Source: Squalus acanthias
Taxonomy: Eukaryota
NCBI GenBank assembly: GCA_030390025.1
Contig: CM059431.1
Span: 101,186,001-101,250,000, forward strand
Length of the DNA stretch: 64,000 bases
Direction of reading: 5' to 3'
The position numbers were made by a program, and so were the translations under genes. How positions within the stretch are numbered: position 1 is the first letter of the stretch; each line of letters starts with the position of its first letter. The notes under the pieces were generated by a model that had not been told where the DNA came from, searched no databases, and worked only from the letters and a program-made list of their open reading frames with translations. This document shows, piece after piece, positions 10,652 to 24,459 of this stretch.

Positions 10652-12990
10652 AAACATAGAAACATAGAAGATAGGAGCAGGAGTAGGCTATTCGGCCCCT
10701 CGAGCCTGTTCCGCCATTCAATGAGATCATGGCTGATCATCCGAATTCAGTACCCTGTCCCTGCTTTCTCCCCATATCCCTTGATCCCGTTAGCCTTAAG
10801 AAATATATCTAACTCCTTCTTGAATATATTTAATGAATTGGCCTCAACTGCCTTCTGTGGTAGAGAATTCCACAGGTTCACCACTCTCTGGGTGAAGAAA
10901 TTCCTCCTCATCTCAGTCCTAAATGGCTTACCCCTTATCCTTAGACTATGACCCCTGGTTCTGGACTCCCCCACCATCGGGAACATCCTTCCTGCATCTA
11001 GTCTGTCTAGTCCTGTTAGAATTTTATAAGTTTCAATGAGATCCCCTCTCATTCTTCTAAACTCCAGCGAATATAAGCCTAATCGACCCAATCTCTCTTC
11101 ATACGTCATTCCTGCCATCCCAAGTATCAGTCTGGTGAATCTTCGCTGCACTCCCTCCATGGCAAGAACATCCTTCCTCAGATAAGGCGACCAACACTGC
11201 ACACAATACTCAAGGTGTGGTCTCACCAAGGCCCTGTACAACTGCAGCAAGACATCCTTGCTCCTGTACTCGAATCCTCTCGCTATGAAGGCCAACATAT
11301 CATTTGCCTTCTTAACCGCCTGCTGCACCTGCATGTTTACATTCAGCGACTGGTGCACAAGGACACCCAGGTCTCGTTGCACTTCCCCTTTTCCCAATCT
11401 ATTGCCGTTCAGATAATAATCTGTCTTCCTGTTTTTGCCACCAAAGTGGATAACCTCGCATTTATCCCCATTATACTGCATCTGCCATGCATCTGCCCAA
11501 TCACCCAACTTGTCCAAATCATACTGGAGTTTCTCTGCATCCTCCTCACAGCACAGACGCCCACCCAGCTTTGTGTCATCTGCAAACTTGGAGATATTAC
11601 ATCTAGTTCCCTCGTCTAGATCATTAATATATATTGTGAATAGCTGGGGTCCTAGCACCGATCCCTGCGGTACCCCACTAGTCACTGCCTGCCACTCGGA
11701 AAAAGACCCATTTATTCCAACTCTTTGCTTCCTGTCTGCCAACTGGTTCTCTATCCAAGTCAGTACCTTACCCCCAATCCCATGTGCTTTAACTTTGCAC
11801 CTTAATATCTTATGCGGGACCTTATTGAAAGCCTTCTGAAAGTCCAAATACACCACATCCACTGGTTCTCCCTTATCAATCCTACCAGTTACATCCTCAA
11901 AAAATTCCAGTAGATTAGTTAAGCATGATTTACCTTTTGTAAATCCATGTTGACTTTGTCCGATCTTGTCACTGTTTTCCAAGTGCTCTGCTATTACATC
12001 TTTTATAATGGACTCTAGCATTTTCCCCACTACCGATGTCAGGTTTTCTCTCTACCACCTTTTTTAAATAGTGGGGTTACATTAGCTACCCTCCAATCCA
12101 TGGGAACTGTTCCAGAGTCTATAGAATTTTGGAAGATGACCAGCAATGCATCTACTATTTCTAGGGCCACTTCCTTAAGTACCCTAGGATGTAGATTATC
12201 AGGCCCTGGGGATCTATCAGCCTTCAATCCCGTCGATTTCCCTAACACCATTTCCCTACAAATACTGATTTCATTCAATTCCTCCCTCTCATTAGACCCT
12301 ATGTTCCTTGTCATCTCTGGGAGGTTATTTGTGTCCTCCTTTGTGAAGGAGGACACAAATAACCATTTCTTTGTTCCCCATTATAAATTCCCCTGATTCT
12401 GACTGCAAGGGACCCACGCTTGACTTCACCAATCTTTTTCTCTTCACATATCTATAGAAGCTTTTACAGTCAGTTTTTATGTTCCCTGCAAGCTTACTCT
12501 CATATTCTATTTTCCCCCTCTTAATTAATCCCTTTGTCTTCCTTTGCTGAATCCTAAACTGCTCCCAATCCTCAGGTTTGCTGCTTTTTCTGGCCAATTT
12601 ATATGTCCTCTCCTTGGATCTTATGCTATCCCTAATTTCCCTTGTTAGCCACGGTTGAGTCACCTTTTTTGTTTTATTTTTATGCCAAACAGGGATGAAC
12701 AAATTCTGTAGTTCATCCATGCGATCTTTAAATGTTTGCCACCGTCAACCCTTTAACGTCCCCTAATCCATCCTAGCCAACTCGCGCCTCATACCATCGT
12801 AGTTTCCTTTATTTAAATTCAGGACCCTAGTCTCTGAGTCAACTACTTCACTCTCCATCTTAATGAAGCATTCTATCATATTATGATCGCTCCTCCCCAA
12901 GGGGCCTCACACAACAAGATTGCTAATTAATCCTTTCTCATTACATAATACCCAGTCGAAGATGGCCTGATCTCTAGTTGGTTCCTCGAC
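10652..12990 (-). mobile_element. 5'-truncated CR1 LINE (HER1-like), fragmented ORF2
   Basis: ORF pieces 12325-12720, 12039-12356 and 10747-12030 with YLDFQKAF, GVPQGSVLGP, KFADD; 3' tail with a short tttctatg repeat. Confidence 0.95.
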
Positions 12991-14117
12991 AGGATTATTT
13001 CTCCAGCAAAATGCAGTGAGTGGAGGATAGTTACATAATACAAATTCTATGCGTAAAATCGATCCCAGTCACTCGCAGCAGTGCGGTCTCCAGGTGTGAT
13101 TGATGGGGGAATTACCCAATCCTCTTCATTCTGGCCGGAACTTGTGGTGTCACTATACGCAGCCCTTTTTTCCCCAACTGTAGTAGTGTCTTGCAGTATA
13201 CACCATTGTCTTTCACCTAGGTTTTTTATTACTAAAAAAAGTAGAATATTAAATAGAACATTATTGAAGAAAGCCTGCTTATCCCAACAGTTCTTTTTTG
13301 CCCAGCCCTAATTGCCCTTGAGAAGGTGGTGGTGAGCCGCCCTGTTGAAGCGCAGCAGTCCGTGTGGTGAAGGTGCTCTCACAGTGCTGTTAGGGAGGGA
13401 GTTCCAGGATTGTGACCCAGCGACAATGAAGGAACGGCCGATATATTTCCAAGTTTGGATGGTGTGCTACCAGGAAGGGATCAAATACTGAGGCCATTGC
13501 ATCCAAGGTAAGGATAATAAAGTTATAGGCTGGTTTTATTCTGTCTCAATCTTAAATATATACCTGCAGAAGATGTGTGATACTTGTGGCTATATTACAT
13601 TTGATTTATATGGTCTCCTTCAATAATATTCTGTTTTGTTTTCGATGCACTTACTACAATCCTACAGCTTTTACATCTCACAAAGCCACAAATAAAACTT
13701 GAAAAAACTAAAAAGCACCTCCCAACGTACTTAAGGTTTATATTATCATTAAATGCCCTTCAAGCAATGAATAAGCCACTCATTTTTGCAGGCAATTTTG
13801 GCAACTACTGTATCAGTCTAGACATCTGAGGATGAGCTAATGTGAAAACACATGCACAAAACATCGAGTAGGTTTCACACTGCGTGACTGTTGCTATACA
13901 TAAGTGAAATTTGACAAGTCTGAAAGCTTCAGGATTTTATTTTCCATGCAAGGTATGTTTTTTTAATGTTAAAATGCATAGGGTAACTCACACACACCAC
14001 GGAGTGTTAATTCTCCTGTGGTAGCAATCAGTGGTTGCTGTACATTTTGAAATCTCGAAAAACATTTCCTCAGGTAAAGTTGTGCTACAAACTGCACGAT
14101 TAAACAAAAGATACTGT

Positions 14118-16650
14118 TAGGCCTCCAAACAGTAGTGGTAATGTAGGAGATGGCATTAGACAGGAAATTAGAGATGCATATAACAAGGGTACTACAGTAA
14201 TCATGGGAGACTTTAATCGACATATCGACTGGCCAAACCAAATTAGCAATAATACTGTGGAGGATGAATTCCTGGAGTGTGTACAAGATGGTTTTTTAGA
14301 CCAGTACGTTGAGAAGCCAACTAGGGAACAGGCTATCCTAGATTGGGTATTGTGCAATGAGAAGGGGTTAATTAATAATCTTGTTGTGCGGGGTTCTTTA
14401 GGGAAGAGTGACCATAACATGATAGAATTCTTCATTAAGATGGAAAGTGAAGAAGTCCAATCCGAAACTAGGGTCCTAAATCTAAACAAAGGAAACTACA
14501 ATGGTATGAGGAGTGAGTTGGCTATGATAGATAGGGGAGCTTCATTAAAAGGCATGACGGTGGATAGGCAATGGCTATCATTTAAGGAACGAATGCATGA
14601 ATTGCAACAGTTATACATTCCTTCCTGGCGCAAAAACACAAAAGGAAAAGTGGCCCAACCATGGCTAACAAAAGAAATTAAGGAGAGTATTAGATCCAAA
14701 GAGGAGTCATATAAAGTTGCCAGAAAAAGTAGCAAGCCTGAGGATTGAGAGCAGTTTAGAGTTCAGCAAAAAAGGACCAAGAGATTGATTAAGAGGGGAA
14801 AAATAGGGTATGAGAGTAAACTTGCAAGGAACATAAAAGTGGACTGTAAAAGCTTCTACAGGTATATAAAAAGAAAAAGATTAGTGAAGACAAATGTAGG
14901 TCCCTTACAGTCAGAAACGGGAGAATTTATAATGGGGAACAGGGAACTGGCTGGGCAATTAAACAAATACTTTGGTTCTGTCTTCACGGAAGAGGACACA
15001 AATAACTTCCCAGAAATGCGAGGGAACCAAGGGTCTAGTGAGAAGGAGGAATTAAAGGAAATTAGTATTCGTAAAAAATTAGTGCTGGAGAAATTAATGT
15101 GACTGAAAGCTGATAAATCCCCAGGGCCTGATAATCTGCATCCCAGAGTACTAAAAGAGGTAGCCATGGAAATAGTGGATGCATTGGTTGTCATCTTCCA
15201 AAATTTTATAGATTATGGAATAGTTCCGGCAGATTGGAGGGTGGCAAATGTAACCCCACTATTTAAAAAAGGAGGGAGAGAAAAAACTGGGAACTACAGA
15301 CCGGTTAGCCTAACATCAGTAGTAGGGAAAATGCTGGAGTCTATTATAAAGGATGTGATAACAGGACACTTAGAAAATATCAACGGGATTAGACAAAGTC
15401 AACATGGGTTTATGAAAGGGAAATCATGTTTGACAAACCTACTGGAGTTTTTTGAGGATGTAACTGGTAGAATAGCTCAGGGAGAACCAGTGGATGTGGT
15501 GTATTTGGATTTTCAGAAGGCCTTTGATAAAGTCCCACATAAGAGGTTAGTGTGCAAAATTAAAGCACATGGGATTGGAGGTAATATACTGGCATGGATT
15601 GAAAATTGGTTAACAGACAGGAAACAGAGAGTAGGAATAAATGGGTCTTTTTCAGGGTGGCAGGCGGTGACTAGTGGGGTACCGCAGGGATCAGTGCTTG
15701 GGCCCCAGCTATTCACAATATATATCAATGATTTGGATGAGGGAACCAAATGTAATATTGTGAGTAGTGAGGAGGATGCAAAGAGGCTTCATGGCGATTT
15801 AGACAAGTTGAGTGAGTGGGCAAGTACATGGCAGATGCAGTATAACGTGGATAAATGTGAAGTTATCCACTTCGGTAGGAAAACCAGAAAGATAGAGTAT
15901 TATTTAAATGGGGATAGATTGGGAAATGCTGATGTACAAAGGGACCTGGGTGTCCTTATACACCAGTCACTGAAAGCAAACATGCAGGTGCAGCAAGCAG
16001 TTAGGAAGGCAAATGGTATGTTGGCCTTCATTGCAAGAAGATTTGAGTACAGGAGCAAGGATGTCTTACTACAGTTCTACAGGGCCTTGGAGAGAGAACA
16101 CCTGGAGTACTGTGTGCAGTTTTGGTCTCCTTACCGAAGAAAGGATATACTTGCCATAGAGGGAGTGCAGCGAAGGTTCACCAGACTGATTCCTGGGATG
16201 GCAGGACTGTCGTATGAGGAGAGATTGGGTCGACTAGGCCTGTATTCACTAGAGTTTAGAAGAATGAGAGGGGATCTCATTGAAACGTATAAAATTCTGA
16301 CAGGGCTAGACAGACTGGATGCAGGGAGGATGTTTCCCCTGGCTGGGGAGTCCAGAACGAGGGGTCACAGTCTCAGGATACGGGGTAGGACATTTAGGAC
16401 TGAGATGAGGAGAAATATCTTCACTCAGAGGGTGGTGAACCTGTGGAATTCTCTATCACAGAAGGCTGTGGAGGCCAAGTCACTGAATATATTTAAGAAG
16501 GAGATAGATAGATTTCTAGACACAAAAGGTATCAAGGGGTATGGGGAGAGAGCGGGAATATGGTATTGAGATAGAGGATCAGCCATGATCATATTGAATG
16601 GCGGAGCAGGCTCGAAGGGTTCTTAGTTTCTATGTTTTCTATGTTTCTAT
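14118..16650 (+). mobile_element. 5'-truncated CR1 LINE, dead (stops; FADD segment deleted)
   Basis: Endonuclease motifs MGDFN and SDHN; RT in 15166-16569 reads KCNIVSSEED, lacking [11 protein letters not shown]; tttctatg tail. Confidence 0.95.
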
Positions 16651-17514
16651 ATCTTACAATGACTTGGCCTGGAAATTCAGGCGTGCCTATGTGTGTGCAC
16701 GCGGGGAGAGCAGGGTACAATACCTGTGCCTGAATGATGAGGCCCAAGGAGCGCCTGATATTGGGCCTCAGGCTCTATTCGAAGTGGAGCAGGGTGGAGT
16801 TCTTCCTGGTGTCTTGGGCCAATATTTATCCCTCAACCAACATCATTGAAAAAAACAAGATTAACTGGCCAGATAATCTGTATTGACTATCCCCTCCCCC
16901 CCTCCCCCAATTTGGTGTCATCCGCAAATTTAGAAATTGTGTTTTTGATTCCAAAGTCTAAATCGTTAATGTAAATTGTGAACAACAGTGGTCCCAGCAC
17001 TGATCCTCGTGGAACACCACTACCCACCTTCTGCCATTGTGAAGTGGGCGTAAATTTCCATTCTACCACTCGGGGCACAGCTCATTGTGGGGGGTGGGGC
17101 AGGAAACCTGAACACAATTAATGTACGCTGGGATCTAATCTTCTATTTCAAAATTCCGATTGTTCTACATCCTTCTACATCATCTCCCAGGCAAGACGGA
17201 AGTCAGATAATCTGCCCCTGAGCTGCTGCTCACATGGACCTGAACCTGTCAATAGGAAGTGTACTAAACACCCCCGGAATCTCACCCATTGAGATTCCTT
17301 CCCTGGCCATTGCTCAACTATTCCTACTGAGAATCCAGACAAGATTAGGAAGTCAATTTGTGGTGAATTGTAGGCATATCCCAGAGCTCCCTCATGCAGC
17401 ACACTAAGTTACTGATACGAAGCACCGTGTCAAGTACTTTACGATAAGATTACCACAGTAAAAACACTTGCGTTTTGACAACATATCAGTTGGGCTTCAC
17501 ACAAAATTCTACCA

Positions 17515-18622
17515 GCAACAACAATAGCTTGCATTTATATAGTACCGCTGACGTACTCAACGATCCCAAGGCGCTTGACAGGAGCTTTATCAGACAAAAT
17601 TTGACCCCGAGCCACAAATGGAGGTCTTAGGACAGGTGACCAAAAGCTTGGTCAAAGAGGCAGGTTTTAAGGGGCGTCTTAAAGGAAGAAAGAGAGGTTG
17701 AGAGGCGGAGAAGTTTAGGGAGGCAATGCCAGAGCTCAGGGCCCAGGCAGCTGAAGGCACGGCCACCAATGGTGGGGGGGTGAAGGCAATCTGGGTTGCA
17801 CAAGATGCCAGAATTGGAGGAGCGCAGAGGTCTCGGAGGGTTGTAGGGCTGGAGGAGGTTACAGAGTTAGGGAAGTGGGGGGGGGGGGGGGGGGGGGCGA
17901 GGCCGTGAAGGGATTTGAACACACAATGATGAGAATTTTAAATTTGAGTTGTTGCTGGACTGGGAGCCAATGTAGGTTAGCGAGCACAGGGGTGATGGGA
18001 GAACGGGACTTGGTGCAAGTTAGCAAAAAAAGCAACATTCAGCAATGTAATGTAATGCAAAGCTACAGATTAGGATCTCTCAGAAGTTCATGGTAGCTGC
18101 TTGCAAAATTCTAAACTAGTTTTGATGTAGCAATCTAACCATTTGGAAGCACTGCCACCTCTGAATTACAGGTTGTGGGTTTAAGTCGCAGTCCAGGATT
18201 TGTGCATGAAATCCAGGCCGACATTTCAGTGCCTCAATTTTAAAATTCTCATCCTTGTTTTCACATCCCTCCATGGCCTCGCCTCTTCCTATCTCTGCTC
18301 TTCCAGCCCTTCAAGACACCGAGATCTCTGCGCTGCTCCAATTCTGGCCTCTTGCGCATTCCCCAATTTTAATCGCTCCACCACTGGCGGCCGTGCCTTC
18401 AGCCGCCCGGGGCCCTAAGCTCTGGAATTCCCTCCCTAAACCCCTCCGCCTCTCTTTCCTCCGGGGCCTTAAAACCTACCTCTGTGACCAAGCTTTTGGT
18501 CACCTGTCCTAATATCTCCTTATGCGGCTCGGTGCCAAATTTTGTTTGATAATCGCTCCTGTGAAGCGCCTTGGAACGTTTTACTACATTAAAGGTGCTA
18601 TATAAATACAAGTTGTTGTTGC
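17515..18622. mobile_element. Two oppositely oriented L2 3' fragments (17515-18025 minus, 18225-18622 plus)
   Basis: ggaattccctccctaaacc...aaaacctacctctgtgaccaagc...aaaggtgctatataaatacaagttgttgttg tail. Same family at about 1350-1625, 24885-25075, 38937-39285, 40178-40845 and 44365-45770. Confidence 0.85.
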
Positions 18623-19008
18623 TGTAACAGGGAGTGCTGAGCTCTTGAAGGTGCTGTCTTTTGGATGAGGTACTAAACCAAGGTCCCGTCTCTTGTTCCT
18701 GTGGTTTAGCTCAGTGTTAAAGACCCTATGGGCTGGATTTTGATACTGGGGCGGGTTGGGGTCGTGTTATCCGCTTTTCATGTTGCCCACCCGAATCTAG
18801 AGCGATGTGGGAGAGTGATGCGATTTTAACTTAATTGGCCAATTGAGTTCCAACGTGTGGGAACCCATGGCCAATGAGTTATTCCAGTCTGAAAGTCGCC
18901 TCTGATGACGTCATCATTGCTGCTGCATTTAAGGTCTGCAACAAGCCTTGCTTCTTCTGCAGACTGCCAAGCTTCTGGGCTTGTATCTTAGAGGCAACTG
19001 CAGGAGGA

Positions 19009-20928
19009 ATGGCCAGCCAAAGACCCAGGTCTGCTCCCAGGTTCGATGACGTTGCCCTGCAAGCTTTAGTGGAGGGAGCAAGAGCCAACAGAGAGGTGCT
19101 CTTCCCTTCCTCAGGGAGGAAGAAGCCTCCCCAGCAGACCAAGGCTGTGTGGATCCAGGTCGCCCAGGAGGTCAACTCTTTATCCATCACCCGCAGAACC
19201 TGGCTCCAGTGCAGGAAGAGGTTTCATGACCTTCTACGCACTGCAAAAGTGAGTATGACTTTCCCTTCACCCTCAATCTGATCCCCATTGCCTCTCCTCA
19301 CCAACACTCAGCTTTAGCAACCTCTTCCTCTATATCCCACTTGACACTGACATCCATGCACCCTTACCCATTCCCTCTCCCTCTATGGTCACATTCACCT
19401 TACTATTCGATTATGCAGCCCTCACACTCCCTATCGCTGTCATGCTATGAAAACAAATTACAACACACAGGTAGGGCCCTTGGTCTTGCCACCTCACTCC
19501 ATCTTTGTCTCCTTCTAAGCATCTATGCTATGAATTCTCTACACTCACTCCTTCAATCTCACTCAAACTCCACTTGTCTCCCTCATTGCAGGAAAAGAGA
19601 GCTCACAATAAAAGGGAAAGAGCCAGGACAGGAGGAGGGCCACCTTCATTAGCCCAGCTCACCCCCTGGGAGGATGCGGTCCTGGAGATCGTGGGAGTGG
19701 AGGACGATACGCAAGTGGGGGACGGACAGACGGGTGCATCAGAGCAAGCTGGTGACTGAACAGTGTTCCATCTCTCTCATTGAAATTGCATGAGTCGCTG
19801 ATAATGAATCTGAAGCTCTAACAGATGGATTTATGATCATCTGCAATATGCAATATGCAATGTGCATGTAACCTTGGCATCACATCTCTGACTCTTTCCT
19901 TTACTCCCCCACAGGACCATCGCAAGCACCCGTCCCCACTAGCCAGGAGGACCAGCCTGAGCATCCAGACTCCTCAGAGGAAGCTGCAACCTCTGAGGGC
20001 GCAGCGTCAGCAGAATTCAGCACACCCAGCACCAGCACAGAGACTCACACCTCGGGACATAGAGTAGTGTTGTCACCTGGTGTATCACAGCTCACAAGTG
20101 AGCATCAGCAGATGGTGGAGACAGGGACAGCAGTGGAGAGTCCTAGTCGGAGGGCGCAGGACTCTCCTAGCTCGGCTCAGCTGCATGTCGATCCTCTGCC
20201 TCTGGGGCCATCCATAAGATCAGCGGTGCTGGGACTCCAGGAACAGATGCAGGAGTCTCTGACAGGTTTTGTCTCCAGGGTCGCTGCGAGTGTGGAGTGA
20301 ATGGAGGAGTCCATAGCGAACATGAGCAGAGCCTTTGTGGAGTCATTGGCGCATGAACGCATCACCATGGAAAGGATGGCAACCTCCATGCAGGTGATAA
20401 GTCGCCAGAGTGCAGAAAACATGGTGAGTGTCCTGAATAGAGTGACATCTCTGGAGGAGCGATGGACATCTATTGAACAGAGAAACCAGACCTTCATGGA
20501 AGTCCTTCTGAGTAGGACTGCCAGTGCAGATACGGGTCCCCATGGCTCCCCTGATGTGCAGCAAGGTGCTCTCAATCCACTTGCAAGCTGCTGAGGTGGA
20601 CCTGGCCCATGAGAGGGATGTTGGTGGCAGACAACAAGGAGGTGGGGGCTCCTCTCCAAGCGCTCACACTTCCATGCCACTGACAAGTCCTCAGTCAGAG
20701 CCCCACCAGAGTCCGCACCCAACTGAGATCGGCGTCTCAACCCCTGCCCAGCCGCAGGAGCAGCAGACTGTTGCCGAGCCCTCGCAGGTTCGCAACCCCA
20801 GAGGACGCCCGCCAAAGGTGTAGAGACAGGAGCAGCAACAAACTGAGCAGGGGGCCTCCACCTCTGCTGAAGCCACAGGGGAAGCACCACGTAGGAGCAC
20901 GCGTAAGAGAAAGATACTGTACAAATAG
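19009..20928 (+). pseudogene. Harbinger Myb/SANT-like DNA-binding protein gene, 3 exons (19009-19248, 19592-19751, 19915-20928), disrupted
   Basis: Exon 1 MASQRPRSAPRF...WIQVAQEVN...RTWLQCRKRFHDL; donor AAA|gtgagt; acceptor ttgcag|GAA giving EKRAHNKRERARTGGGPP; phase-1 intron G|gtgact...ccacag|GA keeps the frame. Exon 3 has stops at 20298 and 20821, one frameshift near 20550-20590, and ends PRRSTRKRKILYK*. AATAAA at 20996-21001. Confidence 0.88.
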
Positions 20929-21185
20929 TCACAAGGGTAGTCACTTGGGTGAAATTTGATGCTTAATGTAAAAAAGCCATCAGATGTTAAGTGTAAATAA
21001 AAACTCTGATGGCTGCAGCTGCAGTTGTGGCGTCTGTCATTTCACGAATGGGACTTCCACAATGAGGCCTTAGGATAACTTGCAATTGTCAGTATGGTGG
21101 TCAAATTGTAAGGGATCCGCTGGGTCTGGGCCATTGTCGTAGCTCTGGTAAGAAGCTGCGAGGCAAAAGTGCTTGATTGTCTAGG

Positions 21186-22442
21186 CTAAGCAAATCTGGC
21201 CAAGATGAGTGCGTCCCTTGCATTCCGGGCAGCTGTGGTCTCGCGTAATGCTGCCGCTGGTTGATGGGCCTCTGCAAGATGTTCGTTCTCTCTCTCCTCC
21301 TCCTCCTCCACTTCCTCCTCCTCCTCATCTGAGGAGGATATGTGAGGAGCCACTTGGTCCTCCGGCATCTGCAAGCCACGACGCTGTGCCATGTTGTGAA
21401 GTGCACAGCAAACCACGATGATTCTGGAGACCCTGGCTGCTGAGTATTGCAGGGCTCCACCTGATCTATCCAGGCATCTGAAGCGCATCTTCAGCATACC
21501 GATGATTTGCTCGATTATGGCTCTGGTGGAAATGTGGCTGGAGTTGTAGCTCTCCTCAGCTGCGTTGGATGGGCTCCTCAACGGCGTCATTAGCCACGTC
21601 TTCAGGGGATAGCCCTTGTCTCCAAGTAGCCATCTGTTAAGTTGGTCTGGCGGACTGAATAGCGGAGGCACACTAGACTGGCGCAGTATGAAGGAGTCAT
21701 GGCAACTGCCAGGGTACTTGGCACAAACATGCAAAACTTCCTTCTTGTGGTCACACACCAGCTGAACGTTGAGGGAGTGGAAGCCTTTGTGGTTGACAAA
21801 AATACCTGGATTGCGATGGGGTGCCTTAAGGGCCACATGTGTGCAGTCAACGACGCCCTGCACCCTTGGAAAGCCTGCCAGATTAGCTAATCCAACCGCA
21901 CGCGCCGTGACACTTGCTCAATTCTTGGTGAAATGGATGTGATCGTGCACGATGGCAAAGAGGGCATCGGTTACCTGCGTGATGCAGGTGTGTGTGGCCA
22001 CCTGGGAGATGCCGCTGATGTCTGCTGCTGATCCCTGGAATGAGCCTGAGGCAAAAAAGTTGAGTGCGGTGGTGACTTTGACGGCCACTGGTAAGGGGCG
22101 TCCACCTGGTCCTCTGGGCTCCAGGTCTTGTTGCAGCATTGCGCAGATGTCACCCACTACCTCTCGGGAAAGTCGGAGCCGCCTTTGGCACTGCTGCTCA
22201 GACATGTTGAGGTAGCTGACCCTGTGTCTGTAGACCCTGTTTGGGGGGTATCTCCTGCGCCGACAGCCTTCCATGCGCTGGCCCCTTCTGGCCTGTGCAG
22301 CTTCAGGCGGGTGAGCAGCAGCTTGGCGCTCCTGCTGTTGCTGCTGCTGTTGGTGCTGCTGTTGTTCATGGTTCTGCTGGTGCCGCGGCTGGTGTTCATC
22401 CTCATCTGATGCCCAGGAGGGAAGGAAATAAATGGCTCCCAT
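21186..22442 (-). pseudogene. Harbinger (HARBI1-like) DDE transposase with one in-frame stop
   Basis: ORFs 21918-22478 and 21186-21863 are in the same frame, joined across TGA at 21920-21918 ([33 protein letters not shown]). Motifs [38 protein letters not shown] region [11 protein letters not shown]. About 418 codons from ATG 22442. Confidence 0.93.
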
Positions 22443-23694
22443 GCCTCTGGTATATGCCTCAGTTAAGGAAGCGCTCAATGAGGGTGGCGAGAGGGGTTTC
22501 CCAGGAGGTCACACTGGAGATGGGTGTCAGGCTCCAAACTTCCAGAGCTGTGGTGATGCCTTCTAAAAGTTCCCCCAGACCTGTGACAACAAAGTCCTGC
22601 CACCTGCAAATGATGGCTGATCAAATCTCCTATTTAATGGTTGAGCTGCAGCTGAGAGTCAGCAATCCACTGGTGCTCCCGCCAGGTTTCACTGGTGTGT
22701 TTCAGATCAGGCGTGCTTCACGTGGGAAAAGGGTTAAACTAGCAAAAAACTATCAAAATGGCATTACAGAGCCAATTTAGGGCTTGTTAAGGGCATTAAT
22801 GGCCTCTCCCGCCTCTTGGAGGTGGGACGGAGACGGGACCAGTAGACACGATTTCATCAAAATTGCGTGGAGGCGGGATCGGGCCCGCCCGCCAGTTTCT
22901 GCAATTTTAACCCCCCCACATGCCTCCAATCCCGCCTCAACGGCCCGATGAAAATCCAGCCCTGTAGCTCTGTTAAAAGAAGAGAAGTGAGTTCTCCTGA
23001 ATCAATGCCAGCAACAACAGATTAACTGGTAATTTCACCGCGCTGTTGATTGTGGGACCTTACTGGTACAGAATCACTGTTGTATCTGCTGACATAACAG
23101 ACACTGCAATTCATTCTGGGAAAGAGTTTCAGATTTTCAACATAATAAGGTACAATATAAATGCAAGCATTACTGAAGGTGGGCAGGATGACCTCTTTCC
23201 ATGCTGTATCATACTATGATATATCAGGTACCTGGCCAGTGCTTACAAGGCAGTAATCTAATCAAAGGGGCTCAGATAAACTTGATCAGTTCTTAACTGT
23301 CAAACAGCGAGATATGGTTTTGATAGAGTAAATAAGGAGACACTGTTTCCACTGGCAGGAGGGTCGGTAACCAGAGGACACAGATTTAAGGAAATCCGCA
23401 AAAGAACCAGAGGAGGATGATTTTTATTTTACGCAGCGAGTTGTTGTGATCTGGAACGCGCTGCCTGAAAGGGCAGTGGAAGCAGATTCAACAGCAAATT
23501 TCAAAAGGGAATTGGATAAATACTTGAAGGGGAAATAAAAAATTGGCAGGGCTATGGGGAAAGAGCAGGGAGTGAGACTAATTGGTGAGCTCTTTTAAAG
23601 AGCTAGCTTCGACATGATGAGCGGAATGGCCTTCTTCTGTGATGTACAGCTCCATGAATACTGTTTACTGACTAGGGGCTCAACAAAAGATAAT

Positions 23695-24459
23695 GGCCCA
23701 AAAATTCGGCCGTTCTCGGGTGAGTACTCAGTGCGTACTCACCCGTATTCATTCCCGAAGTGCCGGTTTCCTGCATGCACTGCGCATGCGCGGGAAACCG
23801 GCACTTCCGGTATGGTGAAGGGGGTGGTTCTTAGGTGAACCGCGTGCGCGCTAGAGGCTGTGCGCACGCAGCACACTTAGATTTTTTTTCAGGTTTCAAC
23901 GCGAGGGTAAGTATTGAAGATTCTACGCTAGTAAAAAGGAGGCGTAAGACCCCTTTTGAACAAGGTAAGTAGTTAATTAAGTATAATTTTAAATTTTTTT
24001 CAACAGGTTTATCTTTTTTAGAGACTTTAAAGAAAGGTAAGTTTATTTTTATAACTTTTAAAAAGTATTTTAATTTTTTCAAAAATTTAAATTTTTGTTT
24101 AAAGTGGTTAATTTATTTAACTATAGTTATTTTATTAATGTGATGGTTTAAAAAAAAATTTTATTTGAAGTTTAGCTGTTCTTTTGGGGCCGATTTCAAT
24201 TCACAGATTTGACAGGTCTCCTGTCAAATCTATGAATGAAAGATGGTCTGCTGCCATTGGCTCTCCATGGCCCACGTGATCCCAGGGGTCGCATCGCACT
24301 AACTGCGCCCCTGGAACACGCAAACACTGCGCACCAGCTCTTGGGAGAGGCCCGGGACCCGAAGTTCCTGTGGGCCCAAAACACAACGGCAGGCGCGGTG
24401 GGTAAGAGCGCGCGCGATCCTTACCCCCGCGGCAAGCCGGCCACGCGAATTTCTAGGCC
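23695..24459 (+). mobile_element. Non-autonomous Harbinger-like MITE, family A
   Basis: TIRs ggcccaaaaattc / gaatttctaggcc; GC-rich ends and AT-rich core; homologous copies at 55428-56170 (inverted) and 63411-64000. Confidence 0.8.

Larger units (their letters stand above)
18730..22962. mobile_element. Full-length PIF/Harbinger DNA transposon (two convergent genes, inactivated)
   Basis: Perfect 12-bp TIRs GGGCTGGATTTT (18730-18741) / AAAATCCAGCCC (22951-22962); 3-bp flanks TAT/TGT; DDE transposase on minus, Myb/SANT-like gene on plus; interrupts a SINE (about 18626-18729 and 22963-23170). Confidence 0.95.

Noticed and set aside
20177..20944. 255-aa minus-strand ORF within the Harbinger element
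   Set aside because: Antisense shadow of Myb-like exon 3 with no recognisable motif.
21186..22478. Host HARBI1 or NAIF1/MSANTD gene
   Set aside because: Enclosed by TIRs, inserted in a SINE and carrying stops, so this is a transposon copy, not a domesticated gene.
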